A model generated the notes under the pieces. The model was given only the letters and a program-made list of their open reading frames with translations, was not told where the DNA came from and did not search any database. Below, piece by piece: positions 1-10,286 of a stretch of 64,000 nucleotides of DNA (positions are counted from its first letter, which is position 1; each line of letters begins with the position of its first letter). The DNA comes from an uncultured Veillonellaceae bacterium (GTDB lineage Bacteria; Bacillota; Negativicutes; JARBTT01), in contig CAWDTA010000002.1 in the NCBI GenBank assembly GCA_963805085.1, positions 128,001 through 192,000 on the forward strand. The letters run 5' to 3'. The translations under genes and the position numbers were made by a program.

Positions 1-483
1 TATATCAAATAGCCCTAAATATAATTCCCCACTATTTTTGTCCAATTGAGTATTTTTCAGCTTTAGCCCTTTTATTGCTCTATGCATCTTTGAGACACTT
101 CTACACAATTTTGTATCATCTTCACAAAGCGCCTTTAGTAAATCAGGATTAGGGATTTCATCCAAGTCAGAGACAATAACCAAATCATTTGGCTTACAAT
201 TTTTTAGACCTCTTGTAATACAATTCCTTTGAAAATTTTCAATTGCCCAATCCATCTCTCCTGTATATTCTGGCAAATCCATGACTTTAATATAAATAAT
301 TTTTTCTGCATATACTGAAAATTCATTTTTACGTTCTTCAAAGTTAAATTTTTTCTTAACGCCTCGCTGTGTTTTATTTGCTTCAACAATTACAAAATAA
401 TCTACTATTGGATTTAATAGCTTTAATCTTAATTCTAATAATTCAAATTCATTAAAAAAAGTAAAACAATCATATAGCGCCAC
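1..483 (-). CDS. GT17-family glycosyltransferase (beta-1,4-N-acetylglucosaminyltransferase-like), partial, runs off the window edge; missed by the ORF track
   Basis: Manual translation from GTG at 483 (RBS AAAGGA upstream): MALYDCFTFFNEFELLELRLKLLNPIVDYFVIVEANKTQRG...ENFQRN...SDLDEIP, open to position 1. These motifs are typical of Glyco_transf_17. Confidence 0.85.
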   Translation of the reverse strand, partial: MALYDCFTFFNEFELLELRLKLLNPIVDYFVIVEANKTQRGVKKKFNFEERKNEFSVYAEKIIYIKVMDLPEYTGEMDWAIENFQRNCITRGLKNCKPNDLVIVSDLDEIPNPDLLKALCEDDTKLCRSVSKMHRAIKGLKLKNTQLDKNSGELYLGLFDI

Positions 484-566
484 TTACACAAACATCCTTT
501 ACATCCCCAATTTTCCTTTAAATTTCCATACAGAATATTTAATATACCAGATTAAATATTTATCAT

Positions 567-592
567 AACAGCTTTTTCTTTGAAAAGCTGTT
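567..592 (-). terminator. Hairpin downstream of waaL, possible intrinsic terminator
   Basis: AACAGCTTTT / AAAAGCTGTT inverted repeat. Confidence 0.45.
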
Positions 593-671
593 GTCATATA
601 CTTTGCTTGTTTATAACTTCTGCCTCTACTATAGGAGTATCTTTTCATGGAAATTTTTCTTTATACTCCGA

Positions 672-1850
672 CTAAGAAATGCCCTTCTGCTCTAAAATGC
701 TAGCTTTTATGCATAAGCCAAACAGCATCCAAAAAAAAGTAATGCTTCCTGCTGATGCAAAATTATACTCAGTTAATCCATGCGATAAAAATCCTAAAGT
801 TGCCCCAAATGCCATCAATGCATAAATATTTCTACTCTTTTTCCAACTTTGCCAAGAATAATAGATAAAATACCCAAACATTATACAAAATCCACTCAGT
901 CCAATCAAACCATTCTCCGCCATCATATTCATAAAATTATTATGAGCATGTGCTAAATTTGGTTCTTTTGCTTCAGGTAAAATATATTTTCCATGATATT
1001 GTACTGCAAAATCACCCAAGCCAACACCAAAAAAAGGATGATCTTTTACCATATTTAAAGAACTTGTCCATAACAAAGTCCGTTCCTTATTAGCTTGATA
1101 GCTCATATCAAAAATAGTATCTACTCGATGTTGGAATGGTAAAACCACCGAATACATCCCCCCGCATAAAACCATGCTTAAAATCATTATCCCAATAATC
1201 TTTTTTACATTTTTTACATAAGTAAACATTAAAAATGGTAACAAAATCACCATTCCAAGCCAAACGCCGCGCGTTCCGTTGAAAAAAAGTGCTATTATTG
1301 AAAATAAAAAAACTATTAAATATAAAGAGTACCACTTAGCAAAATTACTACGATTTAATACCACAATCAATAAAAATGGCAATGCTGTTGCTAAGAACGA
1401 TCCCAGCCACATGTAATCTCCTCTTAACGGTAATGCTCTAAAACTCCCATGCATTCCTTGCCAAATAGCATATAAATCTGTACAAACTAACGATAATAGC
1501 AATACATTTAACACTATGAAAATACTCTTCTTTTTATTTAAAAATAGTAAAATTACAACAAAAATTGACATTTTTTGTATGAATCCAATAAAATCATCTT
1601 TTAACGCAATAAATGGATGTTCTCCCAAAATTGCTGATAAAAACATCGTTAACAGAAATATCCCCATCGCAATGAATAAGTCTTTATACTTCTCAGTATT
1701 TATTCTTTCTCTACAATATACTATTTTTAAGGTTATCCCAATAAAGAGAAGTATGTTGAAAAAATGCACAATACTTGCTGACACACACACACCAAAAGCA
1801 AAACCGCATATACTAAACAAAACCAGACCATCAAAAAATTTTATACTCAT
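672..1850 (-). CDS. waaL: O-antigen ligase family protein (Wzy_C)
   Basis: Many TM helices, TRG motif, R..LW...HPFFGVG.G and HAHN motifs; located at the end of an LPS cluster. Confidence 0.85.
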   Translation of the reverse strand: MSIKFFDGLVLFSICGFAFGVCVSASIVHFFNILLFIGITLKIVYCRERINTEKYKDLFIAMGIFLLTMFLSAILGEHPFIALKDDFIGFIQKMSIFVVILLFLNKKKSIFIVLNVLLLSLVCTDLYAIWQGMHGSFRALPLRGDYMWLGSFLATALPFLLIVVLNRSNFAKWYSLYLIVFLFSIIALFFNGTRGVWLGMVILLPFLMFTYVKNVKKIIGIMILSMVLCGGMYSVVLPFQHRVDTIFDMSYQANKERTLLWTSSLNMVKDHPFFGVGLGDFAVQYHGKYILPEAKEPNLAHAHNNFMNMMAENGLIGLSGFCIMFGYFIYYSWQSWKKSRNIYALMAFGATLGFLSHGLTEYNFASAGSITFFWMLFGLCIKASILEQKGIS

Positions 1851-1923
1851 TTATTGTTAACTCCTCAAAATTTAACAGCATATAGGGTAAAACTCCCCTA
1901 TGAAACTTTTATCTCTTTAAAAA

Positions 1924-1967
1924 CTTGGATTTATAAACATTCTCGTGTAATTGTTTATAAATCCAAG
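1924..1967. repeat. Perfect 16-bp inverted repeat upstream of waaL (terminator or operator)
   Basis: CTTGGATTTATAAACA-N12-TGTTTATAAATCCAAG. Confidence 0.6.
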
Positions 1968-2237
1968 CAACTAAATTACCTTTAACCTCTTTACGCACAT
2001 TAGATAGGCCTTGTGAAAAAGATGAGACTTTCTCCTTGCCTAGAATGCAGAAAAGATAGTTTAAAGCACTAAACGCTCAAAATCGTTTAATCACTTTTAA
2101 ATGGTACACTTGATACTGATTTATACCCAGATTACTTTTTGTTTGACAAAAATAATACGGTTTGTTTTTAAACTATCAATAAGTCAGTCTTCTGTCTCTA
2201 TTTATTTTTATTTGGATTTAGATGGAGGCGAATTTAA

Positions 2238-3311
2238 TCATTCATAGCTGGATAAAATTATTTTCATGCTTTCTCTCATTGTATATTTATCTTTTGCCAT
2301 TTCATAGCCAAAATTCGCTATAAGTTCACGTTCTTTTTCATTCTTTAAATAATAATCAATCTTTTCACATAAATCATCTTGTTCTTTGAACTCAACTAAA
2401 TGTTTTCCGGATTCAAGTTCTACTTCATTTAAATGATTTTCATCTATCAATTGAAATGATTTACAGCCAAGAATCTCAAAAGTTCTTGGATTAACGCCTG
2501 TATGTAACTCATTTATAGAGTGTATATTAATACATATTTTACTTTTTTTATAAACATATGCTAATTCTTCGTAATATATGGGCTTATCAATTAAAAATTT
2601 AATTAAATATGGATATGTAGAATTAAATTTATTTCTTCGTCGACTATTTTTTAACTTTTGCCAAATATACTTACTTGAATACATCTGGTTTGTATACACA
2701 ACCATTTTTTTATCATTTTCCCAGGCGTATTTAGCAACTCGTTCTAATAGCAACAGCCGATTCTCACTTCCCTTGTATAACCCCCCCACAAAACAAATAT
2801 CAAATTCCTTTTTTTCGTTATTATTCATTGGAGAAAAAATGTTTTCATCATACCCTACAAATAAATACTCTGCACCCTTAACTTTACTGGCTAGAAACCT
2901 CCTATCTAATGGTTCATATGAAAAAATCTTATCATAAAAAGACAAATTTTTTAAATAAATTTTGAAAAACTTTGTTTGAATACTATCAAGCATAAATAAC
3001 ACTGTATTTACTTTATTTGCTTTTAATACAGATAATAATTCATCATTAATATGCTGTCCATTTATAACAATACATATATCTGGTTTAAATGAATTTAAAT
3101 CATTAATAATTTTATGATTTAAATTTTTATAATAATTCTTTTCTATACTTTTTATTCCTAATTTAGACAAGCGTGTTCGCCAATAATTATTTTTCGCTTC
3201 TTTAAATTCTACTATGTCACCCTTCATTACTTCATGTCCTAATAACTCACAAGCTTTAACTACAGAACTTATATAATGAAAATACTCCCATCCAATAATC
3301 ATTACTTTCAT
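2238..3311 (-). CDS. CgeB-like glycosyltransferase (Glyco_trans_1_2)
   Basis: DICFVG, SKICINIH, NPRTFEILGC, and C-terminal DL..KIDYYL....R..IA motifs. Confidence 0.8.
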   Translation of the reverse strand: MKVMIIGWEYFHYISSVVKACELLGHEVMKGDIVEFKEAKNNYWRTRLSKLGIKSIEKNYYKNLNHKIINDLNSFKPDICIVINGQHINDELLSVLKANKVNTVLFMLDSIQTKFFKIYLKNLSFYDKIFSYEPLDRRFLASKVKGAEYLFVGYDENIFSPMNNNEKKEFDICFVGGLYKGSENRLLLLERVAKYAWENDKKMVVYTNQMYSSKYIWQKLKNSRRRNKFNSTYPYLIKFLIDKPIYYEELAYVYKKSKICINIHSINELHTGVNPRTFEILGCKSFQLIDENHLNEVELESGKHLVEFKEQDDLCEKIDYYLKNEKERELIANFGYEMAKDKYTMRESMKIILSSYE

Positions 3312-3622
3312 CTAAATATTTCCCCTTAACTAAACTGCTTTTAATTTTCACTTATATATGATTGATAAATTTCTATAATATCTGTTAAACCATCAGTCAA
3401 AAATAATTTATAATTAGATAATATATACCTTAATTTAAAAACACAATCATAATCAAAAAACTGCTAGTCGGAATTATTTTACATTCATATGTTTCTATAC
3501 GCACCTAGTAGACTAGCGCTACAAAATAACTTATAATAATTTTAATATAAATATTGCTATTTCAATATAATAACAATATTTATTTTTCTATCTTACTATA
3601 CTTTTTATTGTGAGGCAATATA

Positions 3623-4441
3623 ATGATATTTTCTACTATTTTTTTTATTTTAATTCTTGGTATTTTCTTTTTATACCTAAAATTTAAAAATTATGTCCCA
3701 ATTCTCATGTATCATCGCATCGCTGATATTCCGGGTGATCGAAATTCATTGCCACCAGCAAAATTTCGCGAGCAAATAGAGTATCTTGCGGACAATGGTT
3801 TTACCACGTTAACAATGCAGATGGTTTATGAATTTTATGCTTCTGGCAAGGAGTTACCCAAAAAGTCGGTACTTTTGACCTTCGATGATGGCTATTCAGA
3901 CAACTACACAGAAGCATTACCAATTTTAAAAGAAAACAATATGACAGCCGTTCTCTTCCCCATTTCCAATTGGGTAGGCAAAGAAAACAAGTGGGAAAAC
4001 TTTAATAAAAAACTTACAACCACGATGGATTGGGATCAGCTTAAAAGCTGGCAAGCTTCCGGAATGGAAATCGCCTCTCATACGATAAATCATCCTTTTC
4101 TAGCAAACTGTGATAGAAAACAGACAACGATCGAACTAACAGAAAGTAAAACTACCTTGGAGCAGAATTTATCTTGCTCTATTGATTTTCTTTGTTATCC
4201 ATATGGAAGCTTTAATACTGAAACAAAGGTCGTTGTTAAAAACGCTGGTTACAAAGCGGCATTTGCAATCTTTGATCAGGCACCACTCTGGAACATAGAT
4301 GTACTAGCTTTACCACGGATACCAATCCCTGCTCGGCAGTCTTTACTGGAATTCAAACTGAAAGTCAGTTCTATTCATGTCATTTTTATTGCATTGCGCC
4401 AATGGGAGCGTATGATAAAACACTGGATACGGAATAAATAA
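3623..4441 (+). CDS. Polysaccharide deacetylase (CE4/NodB) with N-terminal membrane anchor
   Basis: PILMYH, LTFDDGY, SHT..H, YPYG motifs; the only confident plus-strand gene in the window. Confidence 0.9.
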   Translation: MIFSTIFFILILGIFFLYLKFKNYVPILMYHRIADIPGDRNSLPPAKFREQIEYLADNGFTTLTMQMVYEFYASGKELPKKSVLLTFDDGYSDNYTEALPILKENNMTAVLFPISNWVGKENKWENFNKKLTTTMDWDQLKSWQASGMEIASHTINHPFLANCDRKQTTIELTESKTTLEQNLSCSIDFLCYPYGSFNTETKVVVKNAGYKAAFAIFDQAPLWNIDVLALPRIPIPARQSLLEFKLKVSSIHVIFIALRQWERMIKHWIRNK

Positions 4442-4470
4442 GTCAGTTGCAAACTTGCAGCTGACTTATT
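4437..4470. terminator. Bidirectional intrinsic terminator between convergent genes
   Basis: AATAAGTCAGTTGCAA / TTGCAGCTGACTTATT hairpin followed by a T-rich run. Confidence 0.75.
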
Positions 4471-4483
4471 ATTTTTTTACTTC

Positions 4484-6454
4484 TTATTCAAACTTATTCC
4501 CCTTTACCGTGCGCCACCATGATATGGTACGCATAATATTGAGTTTATCCATAGCTTCCTCGCGCTCAAATGACAAATCAGGCTTCTCTTGATCAGGCAA
4601 TACATTCGCTTCATCAGCTTCTATTTTACCAATTGCCTTATCCGTAATCCATAGATTGTCATTAAAGCCAACTCTACTATTTTTTGTTAAGCTTTCGCCC
4701 AATGAGTAATATGTAAAATCTTTTGGAGCAATCAATTCTATTAAGGTAGCACCAATATTAGCCTGACTACCAGCGACATTTTGTGCTAGCGTATTCTTCG
4801 TTATCCCTGGTCCATAAATCACCAAGGGAATCGTATACCGCTCAAATAAACTTGGATTTGTATCGATGTTGGTTCTATTCGCATGGTCACCCGTAATGAT
4901 AAATAAGCTATCAGGATATTTTTCACGAGTCGTTTGAATAAAATCGGTAATTACTTTATCCATATACCAATAGTGTCCAAGCCGTTTAATCAAGTCTTGA
5001 TTATTCTTCGCCTCTTCTGGCAACTCTTTAACCAAGGCAGCTTCATCAAAACCTTCCTTAGTTAAATCAACACTATAAGGTGCATGGTTCGATACGGTTA
5101 AAATCACATCTACAGTTGGCGTATCATCCATTGTTTGCGAAAGACCCTGGAATAAATACTTATCATCGCTGCCCCATACATTGCCAGCGCTATATTTGAA
5201 ATCAGAAGCGCCATGAAATTGATCGAACCCCTGAGCAAGCGTGAAATCTTTGATTTTTTCCCAAGAATTAAAACCGGCATACCAGAAATCAGTTTTATAA
5301 CCGAGTTTTTTCAATTGCGGTGCCAGAGCTGTCGCATAGGGAGCTTTATAAGATTCCGCTTGATAATTTGGATATACGTTGACATCTGATAAACTTGTCG
5401 CTACTGCCGTAACTGCCATCGGGGTAAATGCACCATTGGGCAGAAACGATTGTATTGACGCAGAATTTGGCTCCTTCATAATATTTCTTAGTCCATCTGC
5501 TAAATGAAGATGGCTATATTTATCTAGCGTCGGCCACTGTGCATAGCTTTCACCAATGATAATAAAAATATGCTTTGGTTTCGGTATTGTAGCTCCATCA
5601 GCTTTTCGCATGAGCAATGCATCAATCTCGTGGGTATTGTCCTTATGATTTGCCGCTTGCTGCGCATAGGTAGCAATTTTTTCTTTATGTATACCTGCTA
5701 AAACACCATTATTGATTCTCTCATGAATGCTATAACCACGATATATAGCCTGCACATCATCAAGAATTGCTTCATTTAGAAAATCATCTTTCGTCATCGA
5801 ACAATTTTCCCAATGCAAAGAATGTGCATAGGTTAAAGTCCCGCCAAACCGTACAAATACGGCAAAAACTGCTAATAAAAAACATACCAAAATACGCTGT
5901 CCATATTTTTTACTGCTAGAATGAGCCATCGGCAAAATATACGTAGTAGTGTTTAAAATACGCTTTAAACACCAGACAAATCCCCCAGTAATAGCAATCG
6001 CCGCCATCACGCGCCATCCCAGTTGATATTGATCAATCATCGTACTCCAAAGTGCACCGACATCATCTTTAAAGGTATTAAAAATAAATTGGTTAAATCC
6101 TACATGGAACTCTTCATAGAAAGGGAAGCTGGCTTGAAATAATATGCTAATGATAATTATATAAATACCACCAAGGGTAAGACGAACTTTTGCAAATTTT
6201 TCTGTTCTTCCTACTACACTTGGCAAAGTACTAAATAAAAAAGACAGCAGCATTGCCACGCCAGCCGTTTTTAAGCTAATTCTCGTTCCATAATATAAGG
6301 CAAGCCAAAAATCATTCGCTGTAGTTTCCTGACCGATGTACTGATTCATGATTGTGATAAAAGCAATGCGAAATATATCTAAGAGTACCAATACGGCAAC
6401 AAATAGCTTCAAATCCTGTTGTAAATTTTTAAAAAATATATCCCATCTCGACAC
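4484..6454 (-). CDS. LTA synthase family / alkaline-phosphatase-superfamily membrane transferase
   Basis: About 5 N-terminal TMs, IIIGES, TVSNHAPY and TGDH motifs; likely GTG start at 6454 with RBS AGAGGG. Confidence 0.8.
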   Translation of the reverse strand: MSRWDIFFKNLQQDLKLFVAVLVLLDIFRIAFITIMNQYIGQETTANDFWLALYYGTRISLKTAGVAMLLSFLFSTLPSVVGRTEKFAKVRLTLGGIYIIIISILFQASFPFYEEFHVGFNQFIFNTFKDDVGALWSTMIDQYQLGWRVMAAIAITGGFVWCLKRILNTTTYILPMAHSSSKKYGQRILVCFLLAVFAVFVRFGGTLTYAHSLHWENCSMTKDDFLNEAILDDVQAIYRGYSIHERINNGVLAGIHKEKIATYAQQAANHKDNTHEIDALLMRKADGATIPKPKHIFIIIGESYAQWPTLDKYSHLHLADGLRNIMKEPNSASIQSFLPNGAFTPMAVTAVATSLSDVNVYPNYQAESYKAPYATALAPQLKKLGYKTDFWYAGFNSWEKIKDFTLAQGFDQFHGASDFKYSAGNVWGSDDKYLFQGLSQTMDDTPTVDVILTVSNHAPYSVDLTKEGFDEAALVKELPEEAKNNQDLIKRLGHYWYMDKVITDFIQTTREKYPDSLFIITGDHANRTNIDTNPSLFERYTIPLVIYGPGITKNTLAQNVAGSQANIGATLIELIAPKDFTYYSLGESLTKNSRVGFNDNLWITDKAIGKIEADEANVLPDQEKPDLSFEREEAMDKLNIMRTISWWRTVKGNKFE

Positions 6455-6548
6455 AAATACGCCCTCTTTACTAGTAATATTGTAAAAACAACGATAAGAT
6501 AAAATTCTCAAGTAATTTCATCCTTCAGCTTTTGCTACGTTTATTTAT

Positions 6549-7625
6549 CTAGCGCAATAACTTTTGATAAATCGCGATAATATTATCCATCATTAAGTCG
6601 CTGGCAAAATGCTCTTTCACCCATACTCTTCCTTGTTTTCCCATGGTCTGACATACTGCTTTATCACTCGCTAGTATCGCTAAATTTCCATATAATTCAT
6701 CTAGATTATCTTTTTCAACTAAAAAACCGGTATGCTGGTCATCAATGACCTCTGGTGTCCCACCAACAGCATAGGTTACAACTGGTTTCTCCATCGCCAT
6801 AGCTTCGGCTAGAACCAGCCCGAAAGTTTCAAATTTCGAGGGCAATACCACTACATCCACGCCATCTAGCACCTCTTGGACGTTGACAATGTGGCCCAGC
6901 GTATGAACGCGATTCCCTAAACGGTTTCTCCAGACATGATATTTCAGCCTCCACAGCCCTTTTCCCTTACCAATGACCATAAGGTGCCAGTTTTTTGCCC
7001 CTTCATACTTTTCCAACACACGTAAAATATCCGCATGCCCTTTATTACGCAAATTCTTGATACGCGAAACAATTGCAATGGTAAAACAATCCTCTGGAAT
7101 ACCATTAACTTTTCGAATAGCGTGTGCTTTTGCCAAATTTGGCTCAAACTTATGTAAATCAATGCCACTATAAACAGTCAACAACTTTTCTGGTGAGAAG
7201 CCTTTCCTAATTGCATCTTGACGAACGAACTCGCTCACACAAATAATCCGATCACAATCATTTAGTGTCATTTCTTTGGCATTATGACCAAATACACCGT
7301 GGGCAGTATACACAATCGGCACAGAAAATTTTTGTTTTATCTTTACAGCAACAATACCGGCAGCAGCAGAATTTGCATGAATGAGGTCAATATCGTATTT
7401 TTTAACGATATTTCCTAGCAAATACGCCGCCAAGGTAGCATTTGCTCGAATCGGCAGAAAACAATGCTTTATTCCTTGCTTTACAAGAGACTTTGCCAAG
7501 ACTCCCCCGCCAGATGCTACAAAAACATTGAAACCACGCTTTTTTAACCCTAGCGCAACCGTAGCAACATAGGTTTCAGCTCCTCCGATATTAAGGCGCG
7601 GGACAAGTAATACTATATTTTTCAA
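6549..7625 (-). CDS. GT4-family glycosyltransferase
   Basis: GGAE, HAN, YTAHG, and ETFGLVLAEAMA motifs. Confidence 0.9.
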   Translation of the reverse strand: MKNIVLLVPRLNIGGAETYVATVALGLKKRGFNVFVASGGGVLAKSLVKQGIKHCFLPIRANATLAAYLLGNIVKKYDIDLIHANSAAAGIVAVKIKQKFSVPIVYTAHGVFGHNAKEMTLNDCDRIICVSEFVRQDAIRKGFSPEKLLTVYSGIDLHKFEPNLAKAHAIRKVNGIPEDCFTIAIVSRIKNLRNKGHADILRVLEKYEGAKNWHLMVIGKGKGLWRLKYHVWRNRLGNRVHTLGHIVNVQEVLDGVDVVVLPSKFETFGLVLAEAMAMEKPVVTYAVGGTPEVIDDQHTGFLVEKDNLDELYGNLAILASDKAVCQTMGKQGRVWVKEHFASDLMMDNIIAIYQKLLR

Positions 7626-7675
7626 ACATGTTCACCCTCTTTATTAAAGGTTTCTGGCTAAGTTTAAACACACAG

Positions 7676-8698
7676 TTATAAAATAGACCGTAACTTCTCC
7701 ACTACAGCTTCTAATTTAATATCTGCCAAACAGTCTAGATTTAATTTACATTGACGTTTCCAACAGTGTTTACATTGTCTACTTATTTCAACTGCATTTT
7801 TCTCTTGCCCATATGGCCCATTACGATTGATATCTGTTGGCCCCATAAGCATTACAACAGGCTTTTCTAATCCTGCTGCTAAATGCATTGGACCCGTATC
7901 TCCGCCAACTACTGCTTTGGCATTTTTAATCATATAAGCAAGCTGCTTTAGCGTTGTTTTCCCCACTAAATCCACCGCTGGTATCTCAGCTCTTTCGTTT
8001 ATTTCAGCCACCAATCTGCCATCAACGCTACCTCCACCAATGACAATTGGAATGATGTCTTTGGAATACAAATAATCGACAAGTGCGGCATAAAGTTCGG
8101 TAGGCCAACGTTTATTTGGCCAATTAGCACCAACTGCCAATACAACATAAGGATTTTTAATATTCATGCCCGCTTGCAGCATCAGTTTCGTTGCAATATC
8201 AGCTTCTTTTTCCGTTATCACCATTGGAAATACGACTTTTTCTACTTTACAACCAAGTTCACGGGCTACGTCTAAATAGCGTTCTACAATATGACCATTT
8301 TGGTTTGGCCCACAAATTGGCTTACTCACCAAACCACTAAGCTCACGCATATTACAGCAACCTAATTTTACAGATGCTCCACTCAAATAAGTTATAACAG
8401 CACTTTTGCCCAGTCCTTGTAAATCAAGAGCAACATCATATTTTATTTTTTTTAGCTCTGCTGAAAATGCTGGTAGATGCTTCATAAAACCACCAATGGA
8501 TTTAAACTTCTTTTTTTCAAATAATAGAATATTATCTATATACGGATTATTGGTCAATAAATCATATGCTGGCGGTTCCACAACCCAAGTTACTTTTGCC
8601 TCGGGGAAAGTTTCCTTGATCGCATAGGAAACTGGTAAAGCATGAATTACGTCACCAATTGCGCTTAATTTTACAACTAAAACATTTTCAATCGACAT
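7676..8698 (-). CDS. GT9 LPS heptosyltransferase (WaaC/WaaF-like)
   Basis: KLSAIGDVIHALP, DLQGL.KSA, KRWP, GDTGPMHLAA; likely start MSIEN at 8698. Confidence 0.9.
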   Translation of the reverse strand: MSIENVLVVKLSAIGDVIHALPVSYAIKETFPEAKVTWVVEPPAYDLLTNNPYIDNILLFEKKKFKSIGGFMKHLPAFSAELKKIKYDVALDLQGLGKSAVITYLSGASVKLGCCNMRELSGLVSKPICGPNQNGHIVERYLDVARELGCKVEKVVFPMVITEKEADIATKLMLQAGMNIKNPYVVLAVGANWPNKRWPTELYAALVDYLYSKDIIPIVIGGGSVDGRLVAEINERAEIPAVDLVGKTTLKQLAYMIKNAKAVVGGDTGPMHLAAGLEKPVVMLMGPTDINRNGPYGQEKNAVEISRQCKHCWKRQCKLNLDCLADIKLEAVVEKLRSIL

Positions 8699-8808
8699 AG
8701 TTATGTTAACCTCATGTTCAAAATAACGATAACCACAACGATACAAGATAAACAAAAGTCTGCTACTTCTGTCGATTTTATACCATTGTGGTTAAATTAT
8801 CGTTACAT

Positions 8809-9279
8809 TTATTTTTCTGTACTTTTCATTTTATTGATAATATTAGAAGATGAACGTCCAGCAACTAATGGAACCAATTCAATCTTTCCACCGTAACTTA
8901 AGACACCCTTTGCTTCTGGCAGCGTTTCTACAGTATAGTCGCCACCTTTCACATAAATATCGGGGCGCACTTTTGTAATGAGATTTTCAGCCGTTTCGTC
9001 GTCAAAAACAACAACGCAGTCTACAGCTCGGAGTGCCCCTAGCACTTCCGCACGGTCCTCTTCGCTATTGATTGGACGAGATTCTCCTTTTAGTGCGCGT
9101 ACAGATGCATCACTGTTCAGCCCAATAACTAAACAATCACCGAGCTCTTTCGCACGCTCTAGATATCGTACATGACCTGCATGCAAAATATCAAAGCAAC
9201 CATTCGTAAATATAACTTTTTTGTTTTGCTTACGTAATTGGTCACACCAAAGTTCAATATCCTGCTGTGCTATTACCAT
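8809..9279 (-). CDS. rfaE2: D-glycero-beta-D-manno-heptose 1-phosphate adenylyltransferase (HldE domain II)
   Basis: FTNGCFDILHAGHVRYL, GLNSD.SV, KGGDY. Confidence 0.93.
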   Translation of the reverse strand: MVIAQQDIELWCDQLRKQNKKVIFTNGCFDILHAGHVRYLERAKELGDCLVIGLNSDASVRALKGESRPINSEEDRAEVLGALRAVDCVVVFDDETAENLITKVRPDIYVKGGDYTVETLPEAKGVLSYGGKIELVPLVAGRSSSNIINKMKSTEK

Positions 9280-9282
9280 TGT

Positions 9283-10275
9283 TTACAAAACCCCAATCGC
9301 ATTTTTTAATTCTGTTACACTTACGGTCGCTGTGCCAAGCTTACGAACAGCAATCCCTGATGCAATATTAGAAATTTCTGCGGCTAATGCTGGTTCTACC
9401 CCCGCTGCTAATGCAAGAATCATTGCTGCAACACAAGTATCACCAGCACCACTTACATCAAACACTTCACTACGATTCGATACTGGAATATTATGAACCG
9501 CACCATTTGATTCAAATAATGTCATTCCTTTATCACCATGCGTAATGAGTATCCCTTTTGATTGCATTTTTTCTAATAAAATTGCTCCAGCTTTTAATAA
9601 GGAATCTTCAGTTTCAATTTCAAAGCCGACATTTGCTGAGGCTTCGGCATCATTTTGCTTTACATAATCTACCCCTGTAAAGCCTAAAATATTATAGCGG
9701 GAATCTACCATACATGGTATATTACATTTTTTACAATTGTAAAGAATTTGTTTGGTAATGCTATCTGTTAACGTTCCGCTGCCATAGTCACTAATAACGA
9801 CACCATCTACAACCTTTAAAATACTTGCCAACGAGTTCATGAGCTTTGCTTCTACCGCTGGACTAATTGGCAGTTTTGTTTCTTTATCAATACGCACAAT
9901 TTGTTGACTAACCGTTGCTGCGCCGCCAGCAATAATCCGTGTTTTCGTTATCGTTGATCTATTGTTTACAGAAAGAAGTCCATCAATATGGACTCCCTTT
10001 TCTGCAAGTATCTGTGCTAAGCCTTCACCAGCTTGATCATGCCCTAATAGACCGACAGCCCATACAGCACCGCCTAACGTAGCAATATTATGCACAACAT
10101 TCGCAGCACCGCCAGCAACAATTGTTTCTTTTGCCTGTTCTAGTACCAAAACTGGTGCTTCGCGGGAAATACGAGATATAGCACCATGTAAATATACATC
10201 CGCAACCATATCACCAATGACTAAGATTTTCTTATCTTGAATTTGATTTATTATATCTACTAAATCACTTTTCAC
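9283..10275 (-). CDS. rfaE1: D-glycero-beta-D-manno-heptose-7-phosphate kinase (HldE domain I, PfkB family)
   Basis: RISREAPV, GGAANV, SDYG.G, DVSGAGDT; likely GTG start at 10275 after AAAGGAG. Confidence 0.9.
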   Translation of the reverse strand: MKSDLVDIINQIQDKKILVIGDMVADVYLHGAISRISREAPVLVLEQAKETIVAGGAANVVHNIATLGGAVWAVGLLGHDQAGEGLAQILAEKGVHIDGLLSVNNRSTITKTRIIAGGAATVSQQIVRIDKETKLPISPAVEAKLMNSLASILKVVDGVVISDYGSGTLTDSITKQILYNCKKCNIPCMVDSRYNILGFTGVDYVKQNDAEASANVGFEIETEDSLLKAGAILLEKMQSKGILITHGDKGMTLFESNGAVHNIPVSNRSEVFDVSGAGDTCVAAMILALAAGVEPALAAEISNIASGIAVRKLGTATVSVTELKNAIGVL

Positions 10276-10286
10276 ATTATTCTCCT

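Noticed and set aside
204-389. 61-aa ORF from the track
   Set aside because: It is an off-frame shadow of the GT17 gene (483 to <1), which has an RBS and family motifs.
1970-2230. Possible degenerate mobile-element remnant or ncRNA upstream of waaL
   Set aside because: Only short inverted matches (ATAGTTTAAA / TTTAAACTAT) are present, with nothing further to support it.
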